From Octopus vulgaris (Eukaryota), in assembly GCA_951406725.2 (NCBI GenBank), contig OX597818.1:109864001-109928000 (forward strand): 64,000 nt of DNA, written 5' to 3'. Below, piece by piece: positions 25,684 to 37,737 of this stretch (position 1 is its first letter; each line of letters begins with the position of its first letter). The notes below the pieces were generated by a model. That model saw only the letters and a list, made by a program, of their open reading frames with translations, searched no databases and was not told the origin of the DNA. The position numbers and the translations under genes are program-made.

Positions 25684-26279
25684 ATTGTTTACTTGAGTTT
25701 AATTTTTTTTTAAATGTTTTAATTGGAATCTTTTGGCAATGAAATAAACATGTAACAAACCCAGCACTTAGTCTGGTAAAAAAAAAAGGGCCAGGCCTGG
25801 CCTTTTTACATTTGAGGACATTTATGATGATATGAAGTGTTTACTCTTATGCAGACAATGAGAGCAAATCTGTTCGTTAATGTGCCTGCAGTCATTATTC
25901 TTGAGCAGGATATGTGACTCTATATTTTTGTGTTCAGGAACCTAGGTGGAAGGTGGAGTTAGACACAGAGGGCCCAAGTCTGAAGGGGGTTAATAACAAC
26001 AAAAATGGATATTATTCATCTGGTATTCTAATCCAGAGTCACAGGAATGGTAACTGGTTTGGTGGGGAAAATATGAAACCCAAGTTCTATAGAGAATTGT
26101 AAGTAATGAGGTGCACGCATTTCTCAAAGGAATGAACTAATTAAGGGAATAAATCTAACTGAAATTGGAATCAATTAAGGGTGCAGCAAGACTTGAAACT
26201 TAGCCATCAGACATAGCACAACCTTGTTCATGTGAAGGATCAAGTTATTGACCAATTAGTAACCAGACTTCATCTGATA

Positions 26280-26486
26280 AAAGGCGGTGAGCTGGCAGAA
26301 ATGTTAGCATGCTGGGCGAAATGCTTAGCAGTATTTCGTCTGCCGCTACGTTCTGAGTTCAAATCCTTTCGGGGTCGATAAATTAAGTACCAGTTACGCA
26401 CTGGGGTCGATGTAATCGACTTAATACCTTTGTCTGTGCTTGTTTGTTCCCTCTATGTTTAGTCCCTTGTGGGCAATAAAGAAATA
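26280..26486 (+). mobile_element. SINE family A copy with a 15-bp TSD
   Basis: Flanked by AGACTTCATCTGATA at 26265-26279 and 26487-26501. Confidence 0.88.
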
Positions 26487-28349
26487 AGACTTCATCTGAT
26501 AGATCATCCTGGATCCTTCTGGAATGTCCCTGTACAAGGGTTGTACGAAGTTTGTTTTTAGCACCAATTTTCAGTGTGTGACAACCCATGGCCCACACCA
26601 CATACTCCTGTCTCATTATAATAATCATTATAATGACTCTTGCTCCACCTGGATGTATCAATATAGTTGGCCAATGTGAATCTAATGTGCTCAGTTTCTC
26701 CTATTTTGGTAAAATTCAGTACAAAACCTTTGTTATCAACTATTTATGGATGCTGCCAAATTATTCTTTCAATTGTGTTGACTTGTTGTGGAAGTTTTCT
26801 AATTCATGACCAGCCTCAGTATTTCTTGTGCAGCGAAATAAAAAAAGTTATGATTAAATTTTTGCTTTGATGTGGTTATATCATTCACAAGCAGCTTCAC
26901 ACGCATACCATCTATACCATCATAGCAACAAGGGTAACAATACAAAATCTGCAAGAAACAGCTCCCGAATCTGACTAAGATTTCAACCTTTTATCTAGAA
27001 GACATATAAAGATGAGATGGTCACAGATGGAATGTCTTTGAGAATAGATTGTCTTTGTCAGAACCAACTTAATGCTAAAAGACAACAGCAACAACAAAGT
27101 TTTCTTTTTCTCTGAGAAAATAAGACATCCAGTTTATGGTAGCTCTACTCAGAAATAGCAGCTAAATCACTTTCATATTGTACCCTATCCTATTAAAAAT
27201 AGAAGGATACATTATTCTTGACAAAATAAAGATAGAATGCTCAATGCGGGAACATTTTTAACCCTTTAGCTTTTAATCTGACCAGATCCGGTCCATATAT
27301 TCAACCTGTTTTATGTCCAAACAGACCAGATCCAACCCCTCACACCTACCCTACAATGTCATTCAAATAATATACAAACAGACCAGTGAAATTTTGAAGT
27401 TACGAGATAATGGATGATTAATTCAAAACAATTTTGGCATAGATTTGTCAAGCGAATAAATAAGCATTACATTTGACAGAGTAATCTGAATGCTGTAAAA
27501 TCTTTAAACTTTAATCTGAATGCTGGAACATCTTTAATCATAAATCTGTTCAATCATGGCTAACCTAAGGTTAAACAAAAATTGAGTTCTAATTTATTTA
27601 AATTTTTGAAAATAAAACAAAGTTTATTTTTTCCATCTATGATTCAAATAGTTCAAAGTTAAACAAATTAATTTTTTTTCTTGTAAAATATTCTAAATAT
27701 AAGTTCCAAAATGCAAAATTGTCAAACTTTAGACTTTTAACGAACTTCACAGACATAACATTTCCTGCTATCTTATCTGCATTTTTCTTTTCTATTTGCT
27801 TATTCTTTTACCTTTACTTAATTATTTTTCTATCAAGTTCCAGAGACAAAAGATAATAATTGATGTTTTTTAGCCCCTGGTCAGTGCTGATTAAGCAGAT
27901 CTATGATCAAAGACATTTCTACTGTGAGCATCCTGTCCTATTTTACAGAAATAGAGCATCTTAAGCTAACATATCTAAATCCTTCTTTTCTCTAAAATAT
28001 TAGGGACTTGTTCTGTTGTGTCTGGGGAGAGTCATTTTCTTTTTGTGTGTGTGTGTTTGTATGAGTGTGTGTGTGCATGTGGTAAGAAGCTTACTTCCCA
28101 ACTAAGGGATCTTCAGTTCAGTCCCACTCTGCAGCATCTTGAGCAAGTGTTGTCTTCTACTATAACCCCAGGCTGATCAAAGCGTTGTGAGAGGATTTGG
28201 TAGACAGAAACTGAAAGAAATCCATCACACACACGCACACACACACACATGACAGGCTTCTTTCGGTTTCCATCTTCCAAATCCTCTGTGAGGAAGCAAA
28301 AAGACATGATGATGGTTCAGGCAGGAACCTTCATCAAATTTCACAAACT

Positions 28350-28647
28350 ATATCCAAACATGGCCGTAGCCAGCGCTGCCCTGACTGGCCCCCGTGCCGG
28401 TGGCACGTAAAAAGCACCATCCGATTGTGGCCGTTTGCCAGCCTCGTCTGGCACCTGTGCCAGTGGCTCATAAAAAGCACCCACTACACTCATGAAGTGG
28501 TTGGTGTTAGGAAGGGCATCCAGCAGTAGAAACACTGCCAGATCAGACTGGGCCTGGTGCAGCCTTCTGCCTTCCCAGACCCCAGTTGAACCGTCCAACC
28601 CATGCTAGCATGGAAAGCAGACGTTAAATGATGATGATGATGATGAT
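28350..28647 (+). mobile_element. SINE family C / RTE-associated 3' end with (GAT)n tail
   Basis: ...GGAAGGGCATCCAGC.GTAGAAAC...CCAACCCATGCTAGCATGGAAAGC.GACGTTAAATGATGATG. Other copies at about 29390-29600, 37830-38460, 43030-43475, 45621-46085, 52920-53095, 62455-62690 and 63855-64000. Confidence 0.85.
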
Positions 28648-29134
28648 TTCGTTGAGCATTACCATAGACTAACGAGTGTAAGAGACTGCAAACAAATCTG
28701 TTATCAATTACAACCATCCATCAATATTGCTGATAAACAAGTTGTGATTCATTTTTCTCAATAAAAAATGTTTGGGGGGTTTTTGAGACAAAAAAAGGAG
28801 CCTCTATATCGTCATTCAACCTTCAAGAAATATCTGCTGAATTACCTTCAAATCAAGTCCCTAATTTCGTTTTTGGATTTGGCTTGCAAGATTCTTTATA
28901 TGAGTTCCTGTGTTGAAGCATATTCTGTTGTGTCTGGGGAGAGTCGTTTTCTTTTTGTGCCTTATAATGTAACACACTCACCGGTAAAATTTCCATATTT
29001 TTCTTATTTTTATTTTCCTAAAATTTTCGTTGTCTTGCAACCTTTTCAATAGTCTTGACTGTTGAAAAGGTTGCATATATATACACATATATATATATCT
29101 GTAATATGATATGTGACAATTATTAGGTTGTTAT

Positions 29135-29195
29135 AATAAGACTCTGAGTTTCGGATGTCGGGGTGGAAACCTGCTCTGATATCTCATCAGTTATT
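29135..29195 (-). ncRNA. Type I hammerhead inside a 190-bp inverted duplication
   Basis: Minus strand: AATAA-CTGATGA-GATATC...GACATCC-GAAA-CTCAGAG-TC-TTATT. 5-bp stem I and a GUC site; stem II is imperfect. The + arm carries a decayed twin (TTGAAGA...CAAAA). Confidence 0.7.
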
Positions 29196-29355
29196 GAAGA
29201 GATGCTGGAGCAGGTTTCCGCCCCGACATCCAAAACTTGGAGTCTTATCATAGCAACCTAATAATTGTCACATATATTATATTACAGATAAATTCTTCTA
29301 TTTACATAATAAGAAGGTCTCATTCATTCTTTTGTTGTCTTACCATTACTAATTA

Positions 29356-29386
<31 letters not shown>

Positions 29387-29606
29387 TATCAGCTCTGTCT
29401 GGCACCTGTGCGGGTGGCACGTAAAAAGCCCCCACTACACTCACGGAGTGGTTGGCGTTAGGAAGGGAATCCAGCCGTAGAAACACTGCCAGATTTGACT
29501 GGGCCTGATGAAGCCTTCTGGCTTCACTGACCCCAGAAGAACCGTCCAACCCATGCTAGCATGGAAAACGGACGCTAAACGATGATGATGATGATGATGA
29601 TATATA

Positions 29607-29638
<32 letters not shown>

Positions 29639-29909
29639 GATATAGATATGTATGTGCATATACATACATACACACACACACACACATATATATATAAAAG
29701 AAAATTAAGAAAATGGAGACCGCATTTAATAAAATATAATGAGGCTAATTTAACCTCTAATTGAATGTGTGTGTGTGTGTATGTATATGTGGGCACAGGA
29801 CGTCACGAAACGTGTACAACAAAAACAAACAAAATAAAATACGAGCACGTGCTTCGTATTTTTTTGTTGTTGTTGTACATGTTTCATGACGTCCTGTGCC
29901 TACATATGC

Positions 29910-29976
<67 letters not shown>

Positions 29977-30425
29977 TACCCCACCCCCACCGTCGCTTGA
30001 CAACCGAAGCTGGTTCGACAAAAGAGACCGATAGGATAAGATACTCGGCTTACAAAGAATAAGTCCTGGGGTTGATCTGTTCGATTAAAGGCGATGCTCC
30101 AGTATGGCCGCAGTCAAACGACTGAAACAAATGAAATACACACACACACATATATATATATATACATATTAGAAGGAAACCACTATGTGGACACCCTTAT
30201 GCTAGAAATAGATCCCAGTCGGTTGTCAAGCGACGGTGGGGGTAGGGTACAAACACAGACCATAGCGGATCTATTTCTAGCATAAGGGTGTTCACATAGT
30301 GGTTTCTCTCTAATATGTATATAATACAATTTTATTGAACCTTCAGTTTTTTTTTTATATGCTAGACCACTGGTGTGAAATCGATGTTAATTAAATTAAT
30401 ATCTAATTTCTCACCCTCATTTTAA

Positions 30426-30467
<42 letters not shown>

Positions 30468-30679
30468 ATTCTCCGTTTAGAAACTAATTGCTTCCATAGT
30501 TGCAAGTAGTCCGGCTTTTCATGATGATGGTGGGGGGATGCTGTGTCATTCATGCCTTCCTTAAAGATATTGGTGTCGTAAAAGAAGGGAAATGACTACA
30601 ACCGCATAATTGATCCTTAGACTTTGCTTGTTTGATAACTTCGCTGAAATTAAAGTTTAAAACTAATATTTTAAGTTGA

Positions 30680-31000
30680 TGGTGGCGGTATTGGTGTCGC
30701 TGGAGAGTCGCTCGCATTGACTGTTGTAGCCGCCGTGACGACGCCAGAAGCCGTTTATTATTATCACTGGCAGCAGCAGCGAGCAGTAGCAGCAGCAGCA
30801 ATGATGTTGGTGACCGTCTTACCTTTGCGTGCGGAGTGAAGCAACGAAGGGAGGTAATGCTGGGTGACTGTGCTTAGAACGCCCGGGTTGTGCCGTGTTT
30901 TCGTGGGAAAAAAAAAAAAGAAGCGAGAAATCGGTCAGAGTTGGATTGTCGAGAGACGACGGCGACCGTTTTCAAGGGGAGGGCCACGCTTTTGTTTTTT
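30680..31000. promoter_or_regulatory. CpG/GC-rich promoter-like island upstream of CEPT1
   Basis: Locally GC- and CpG-rich unique sequence about 0.6-0.9 kb upstream of the ATG, within AT-rich surroundings. TSS not determined. Confidence 0.5.
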
Positions 31001-31616
31001 TTTTTTTACGTTCGATTCTACTTAAGTTGATGTAGACACGTCTCTGTGTGTTCACTAATATCTGAGCTTATCTTTATCACTATATTCGTATCTTTTTTTT
31101 TTTTTCTCTTCCTCATTTGATGACTTGTCTGAAAATATCTCGAGTTTGGATTTCTTTCCTCTCGTCTCAAAAAGAAAGTCATTCAAAAATATGAGGTTTA
31201 GAAAGAAAACGTAATTATGGCTTAAAGGAAAAGAAATAGCAAGTTATTTTCATAAAAAGAACCCGTACAAAGACACAGTCATTCAGATAAATGTATGAAG
31301 TGGGAAAAGCAACACAATTCGAAGTGAAAGGAACAGAGTTACTTTGACCGAGGACTTAATTTTCCGATCAACCGATGACTTGGTAACAAATTTGTTATTC
31401 TATTCGTACAGATAGATATATGTAAGGATATATATTTATACATTATAAATATTTATATATGTATATCAACACATTGGACGCTGCTCCCTAACAATAATTT
31501 GTTGCCGAAAGATCCAAGATAAAAGAAAAACTTCTACCACCAGTGATAAGTTAAAGCAATACATATATATATATATATATATATTCTTTTACTGTTCCTT
31601 AAAAAAAATTGCAACC

Positions 31617-31853
31617 ATGGTGACCAAGGGCAAAGAGGTTCTAACAAATATTCAACTTCGACGGTTATTGGAACATCAGTACAAAGCGGAAGGTTCGTCC
31701 CTTCTTGAACCGGTCATGCAGAAATTTTGGCGATGGTTAGTTGAGCAAGTGCCCCGTTGGTGGGCTCCTAATGCTATTACGGCCACCGGTCTTGTTTTGA
31801 ACATTATGACCACTCTGGTGATGGTTTACTACAGTCCTGATGCTAAACATAAG
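31617..31853 (+). CDS. CEPT1: Choline/ethanolamine phosphotransferase (CEPT1/CHPT1 family), first coding exon
   Basis: Good Kozak context gcaaccATGG. Translates MVTKGKEVLTNIQLRRLLEHQYKAEGSSLLEPVMQKFWRWLVEQVPRWWAPNAITATGL...YYSPDAKHK, the typical CEPT1/CHPT1 N-terminus (LxxHxY..S.LEP.MQ.FW.WLV...P.W.APN.IT). Ends at a phase-0 donor AAG|gtaagt at 31854. CEPT1 versus CHPT1 cannot be resolved in an invertebrate. Confidence 0.93.
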
Positions 31854-32639
31854 GTAAGTTTGATAACCAAGCACCTTAAAAATAACATGATGGTCAAAAC
31901 TATGTCCATTAAATATCTCGTTTCTTTTCTTCCTCTCCCGTTTACGAGTGACTTACCGACTCCGTTCAGGACATTGGGTTCACCCTTACCTTGACTACCA
32001 TTATTAATACTAACACCACAAGAACAAATATATCAATTACCCGTCTAATTAATAAACGAATTAACTAAAGAATCAAGTCACTCCCCCTTCTAGTCATTTC
32101 CCCTTTCTTCAACTGTCAAGCCGCCTTCACTTACGAACGATCCCCTTCTTTTCATTAAATTAGCAACTAATTATATGTAATTAATATTTCGCTTCATATA
32201 AAACAATATTTAATACAACACACACACACTCATATATATATATTCTTTCTGTTTACGACGTGTTTGGAATATAAGACCAAGCCAGTCTTTATCTATATCA
32301 TCCCGTCTAGTATAGCTAAATAAACTATTTTTTGGTTAATGTTTACTCTATTTAATTGTAACCGTTTTATTTTTGTAAGTTCGTATTATACTGAGGTCAT
32401 CTTTGCATTTTGTCCTTCTGTGAACAGAAATAGCAGTCAGATTGGGACTGGCCAATTTGTGACCCTGTGCCAGTGTTTAGTAATCGATATTACTTAACTC
32501 GAATTCAATAAAAGTCACATATATTGAACAGATGGAGTTATCAACATTAACAGCAAGCTGGTTCAATACTAAATTGTTCGTTATATAGTTTTATTGATAT
32601 TCGAATGACTAGCGATTACCTTTTAAAAGTTTGTTTTTT

Positions 32640-32647
32640 GTCTATCC

Positions 32648-32729
<82 letters not shown>

Positions 32730-32866
32730 TTATTTATTTATCTATCTATCTACCTGTCTGTCTATCTATCTGTCTGTTTATTTATCTATCTATCTATTTA
32801 TCTGTCTGTCTGTCTGTCTATCTGTATGTCTATGTATCTATCTATCTTTCTCTCTATCTATCTATC
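32640..32866. repeat. (TATC)n/(TGTC)n microsatellite
   Basis: Direct reading of the sequence; explains the YLSI ORFs. Confidence 0.95.
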
Positions 32867-33942
32867 CACCCACACACGTCACTAAACCTCGAAAACTTTT
32901 CCTGTTTTCTTTGATTCATCTCTCTCACACTCTCTCTCTTTCACACACACACACTCACACTCTCTTTCACACACACACACACACACACTCTCTCTCTCTT
33001 TCTCTCTCACACACACGAACGTTATTCAATGATTCGTTCATGACAAACCTAACCCGAGGCCATCACATGCTTCAGTCACTGGTCTAACATGTGTTTTTGT
33101 TTATTGTTTTTCCTTTTCTTTACCACCACAATCATCTTTCGTTCCCTACTATTCACCCTTAATCCCATCTTTTTTGTTTCCTCTTATCACCTCCAAATCC
33201 CTTCATAATAAACCCACGTACCCCACTTCCTTCGTCATTAGCGACCATCTTGGGTGTTTTTTTGCTTTCTATCATTTACATAACACACCCAGTTGCTATC
33301 ACCACTACTAACATCTGCACTCACTCTCAATATCTCCCACACACAATATTAGTCAATATTTATTATTCGACAGTTGCTCATGAAATCTTCTAACCCGAAC
33401 CAGGAGATCCAGTCTAAACTACCTAACCCCATTATTACTTCTTTATTATTACAACTGATAAACTGCCACTGACGCCCTTCTACCTCTACCATACACACAT
33501 ACCTCTCTTGTTTACACCTATCTGTTCATTTCGAACAGCTCCGCTCTAAGATTAGCTTCTGCTCAACACATTTCTTTGCACCTATTTTGCTATTGTTACG
33601 TATGTTCAGTGGTTAATTAGACCCAGATGTTTAAAGCATGCCGCACACCCAATTACGGATCGAACTCTCTAACTAAAGCATCTGCTTCTCTGATCACTCG
33701 AAACCCCAATATTGTAGCATTCGCTACGGATATCGGGATTTCTTGCCAAAGCTGAAAATTATTGGCCATATTTCGTTTTTAAATCGGTAGATTATTATTA
33801 TTATTATTATTATTATTATAGTAATATCTTTTTTATAAGCAGACCTGCAGAAAACAAAACAAAACAAAAAAAAAAAACGAACACTCCAGAACATTCGAGT
33901 GCGTGTGTATTTGTGTATCTCTGTATATGCGTTTGTGTATCT

Positions 33943-33979
<37 letters not shown>

Positions 33980-36617
33980 TCCGTTTGTATGTGTGTGCTT
34001 GTGTATCTCCATATGTGTATGCGTATTTGTGCATCTCCATATATGTGTGTGTGCTTGTGTCTGTGTGTATGGGTATGTCCTTGTGTATCGACAGTTTTAC
34101 ATTTTATATCAATGGTTTGAACTGATGAATGATCGACCTCCGAGTATTGCTGGTACTTTATTAAACCCGGCGAAATCTTTTCTTGAACGCAAAAAGTCAA
34201 GGTCTAATTGCCGTAACCCATTTATTCACACACATCAGAAAAAAAGTAATAAAAACAAAGATGAAGGCAGAAAGGTTGTGTGTAAATTTCTCCATTGATA
34301 AAAATCTTTGTAATGACGTTTGTTAATCTTGACTGCGATGTCTGACGGAAGGTGTTTCAACCAGGAGACCCCTCCTTTTCTTAGAGTTGAATGGAATTTG
34401 AGGCAGATTTCTGTGTTATTTAGCAGGTCGATCGACCACGAAGAGAATCATTCAGTAACTTATGTTTAAACACGATGTTTTGGTAATATTGTCGATATTT
34501 TTTATTATAGAATGGTCAGGACGAAAGACGAACTTGGGACATTTTTTACTTCCTGCGTTCGAATCTCGTCCAAAATCGATTTTATCTCCAATGTTCTGGG
34601 GTCGATAGGAAGCATCGTGATCGATTTAATCGGTCGGTTCCTTTCCACTGACATTATTATGGTCTTGCTGTTTGAAATAGATATTTCATACAGTAGCAAT
34701 GTGCATGAAATAGAAAAGTGTAGAATATTTCGATAAACAGCTTCGCAAAAACGTTACATAAGGAAGCGATAAACAAACAAAGGTTAACGACCGAGCAATA
34801 ATGTAAACATTAACCACAAATATTGCTCTAAATTATTGTATTGTTGTCTAAAATACGCATTTGTAGTGGAAATGTCAACGATCTCCACACAAAAGGAAGC
34901 TATTTTATCTCCAAAATTCATTACCTCCAAATCCTTATTCAAAATAATTATATTTAAAAGATATCGTGCCAAAAGTTGATGCAAAAAGTTTAAAACCCAA
35001 TTTAGATACGACCGAAGAATTTGCGCGCTCGAGCACGTGTGTGTGTGTGTATGTGTGTGTGTAAATGCCCCGTAAACAGGAGTGTTTTTTCATTAACTAT
35101 TTTGTCTTTAGGAATGGTCTGTTTGCAAGTCCATCCCTCGTCAAATATTTTTTTCTTCGCACTATGAAAATAACATTTTCTAATAAATATTTCGAATCAC
35201 TAGCGATGCCCCCCCCCCCGTTGTTTTTTCAGGTTCACAATTCCTTTACGTTGTCCAATCTTGTGACTATTATTATCTTGATGGTCGTGGGTGGATGGGC
35301 CACCCTCCTCTCACTGCTGCTGCACTACACTAACAAAATTCTTCAGTTATATAATAAAAAATACCTTTGTATAAGTTACACAATAGCGTGAATGTGCCTA
35401 CTTCTCCACGGTACCACAGTTTGGTGAGCTGGGTTAACGTTAACTGATTTGATATTGTATCGATCGAGCGATAAGCGCTGCTATTATATCGGCCCAGGTT
35501 CCTTTCATTTGTCTTACTTAGAAGGTGAAAGTTCTAAGTTTATTTTACTGTTTTTTTTATTTAAATCTTCCCTGTTAATACCATAATTTTCCTGAAAGAT
35601 GAGATTAAATCGCATGGCTATAATCTTTTTACGAAAACATTGATCCTACAAAAGAAATCTTCTCTCGCCTCCTCTCTTTTTGTTTCTTTTACTTGTGTAA
35701 GTTTTGATCAACATCCAAAACTTCGTTTTTCTCAATCACTTCAAAGTCTTTCGTTAAATATCGACAACCCAATTGTTGAATCTTTTCGTCCTGTGTACAA
35801 ATAATTCGACTAGAGTCGAATGCCTTAATTAAACTCTAGTCATATGCAGTAATTGTTTCAGCGGGATTAAATAGAAATAAACCCCTTCCAAACATTAAGA
35901 AAAGTTTATATTTTCTTCCCCAACTTTTACCGCTGCTCTCAGGGGACTCTGTTAATGCATTCCTGTATGAACCAAATTCCACATGTCTGGGATGACCTTG
36001 CTACATCCATCTACAATTAATGTACGGCAAATTGAGTCCATGATAGGCGGTGGGGGACCAAGTACACCTATGACCCATCCTGTAACGATCTTGTCCCGAG
36101 TGAGGAAGAGTCGCATGAAAGAAACATCGTATTATGAATGTCATAATTATGTCTCTCTCTCTCACACACACACACACTGGATGACAGTTCTGGATCGAAG
36201 CCACAACATAGTATGCAGATGATGATGATTATAAATAAGCACGTTGACGACAACCAAGCGTGTCTACGCAGACAGTTTTTCCTTTCCATCCAAAGAATGT
36301 TGTTTATTGTTTACACTTGTTCATATAATAGCTGAAACACTTGGTACTTCTCAATTACTACTTCATGTCTACTTAGCTCATATTTCCACATCTACCTCTC
36401 AAAATGTTACAGGTTCCTTTTATCCTGTTATTTCGCACTTAGTAACCATCACCGCCATCACCACCACCATTTTTCAGTTTAAACATATCACGTTCTATGG
36501 CTTTGTTCCCACAGTACACACACACCTGTGTGTGTTTATATTTGTGTTAGTGTGACAACGTTATTGTTTATTTTTAGCCAAAACATTCATAATGCAAAGA
36601 TTTTTACAAATCTAAAA

Positions 36618-37737
36618 TATTGGGACATGCCATAAATAATGTGCTTTTTTTATACTTTCCTTTTTCAAAATTAAGTAAGATAAACAAAGTTCTTTTTTAA
36701 TCTAAAATATACTTTCCTTTATTTTCTACAATGCTCGTCCATTTCTCTGCTAGACTTGCAAGGCCCCTCTTCCAAAATTCATTTGTCCCTGATGAAAAAT
36801 ACTCCCCCAATATTGTTCTGACCTTATCTACTGTATTTATACTTTTTCTGTCCAAATGATTTTGAAGACTGCGGATGGAGGCAATGTTCGGCGAATATGG
36901 TGGTTGGGGCATTGTTTCCCATTCAAACTGCTTCAGTTTTTGGAATGTCATCCTTGCTATATGTGGGGAAGCATAATCTTGATGGAAGAGCACTTTTCGT
37001 TTTGAAACCAAAGCTGGTAATTTTTCTTCTAGCGCTGACTTAAGCCACTCAAGCTGGTCACAGTAGATCTCCTTTATTATCATTTGGTTTGGGCTTAAAA
37101 GTTCAAAGTGGACTAAACCTTTTTTATCCATCCAAACAGATAACAACACCTCACATGGGTGAAGACCTTTAGCCCAGGGTCGCTTGACATTTTCATAGAG
37201 AACCCATTTCTTGTTACCAATTACTGTTCAGTGCAAAAAAGGTTCATTCGTGAGAAGTGACAGCAAAGAAGAGCACGCATTCATTCTCTGCACGTGATTA
37301 GACTCGGGAAGTTTTTAAGGAACCCATTGGCCCAATTTGCTGACTTGTCCAATGGCACGCAGGTATCGATGAATGGTTGGATGACCAAATCCAAGCTTCT
37401 CTGCTAGTTCCTCAACAGTTATGATGGGATTTTGTTCCACCAGGGTTTGCTGGATGTCCTTGTTGAGCTCTACAGATCTTCCAGGATGAGTCCCTTCTTC
37501 TAGTCTGTAGTTTCTGGCTTGGAATTTCTGGAACCACCATTAACACTAGCTTACCCTTATTGTCCAATCTCCATATACTGCATCAGTATTCTTTGCACTT
37601 TCCGTTGCATTGTTGCCTTTATTGAACTCATGAAGCAAAATATGCTCCTTTGTTGCTTCTATTATAGCTTTGAAATATAAAATAACTGTTAAAATCAAAC
37701 TGCACTCTTCAAAACTTGCACTAAGAATAAGTAACAC
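36618..37737 (-). mobile_element. Decayed mariner in CEPT1 intron
   Basis: ORF 36697-37149 LLSVWMDKKGLVHFELL...FHQDYASPH...PPYSPNIA; upstream KEHILLHEFNKGNNATE; 3' TIR at 36618. Confidence 0.9.

Noticed and set aside
31854-31994. ORF continuation after CEPT1 exon 1 (and 59283-59383 after exon 2)
   Set aside because: Family similarity ends at consensus splice donors; this is intronic read-through.
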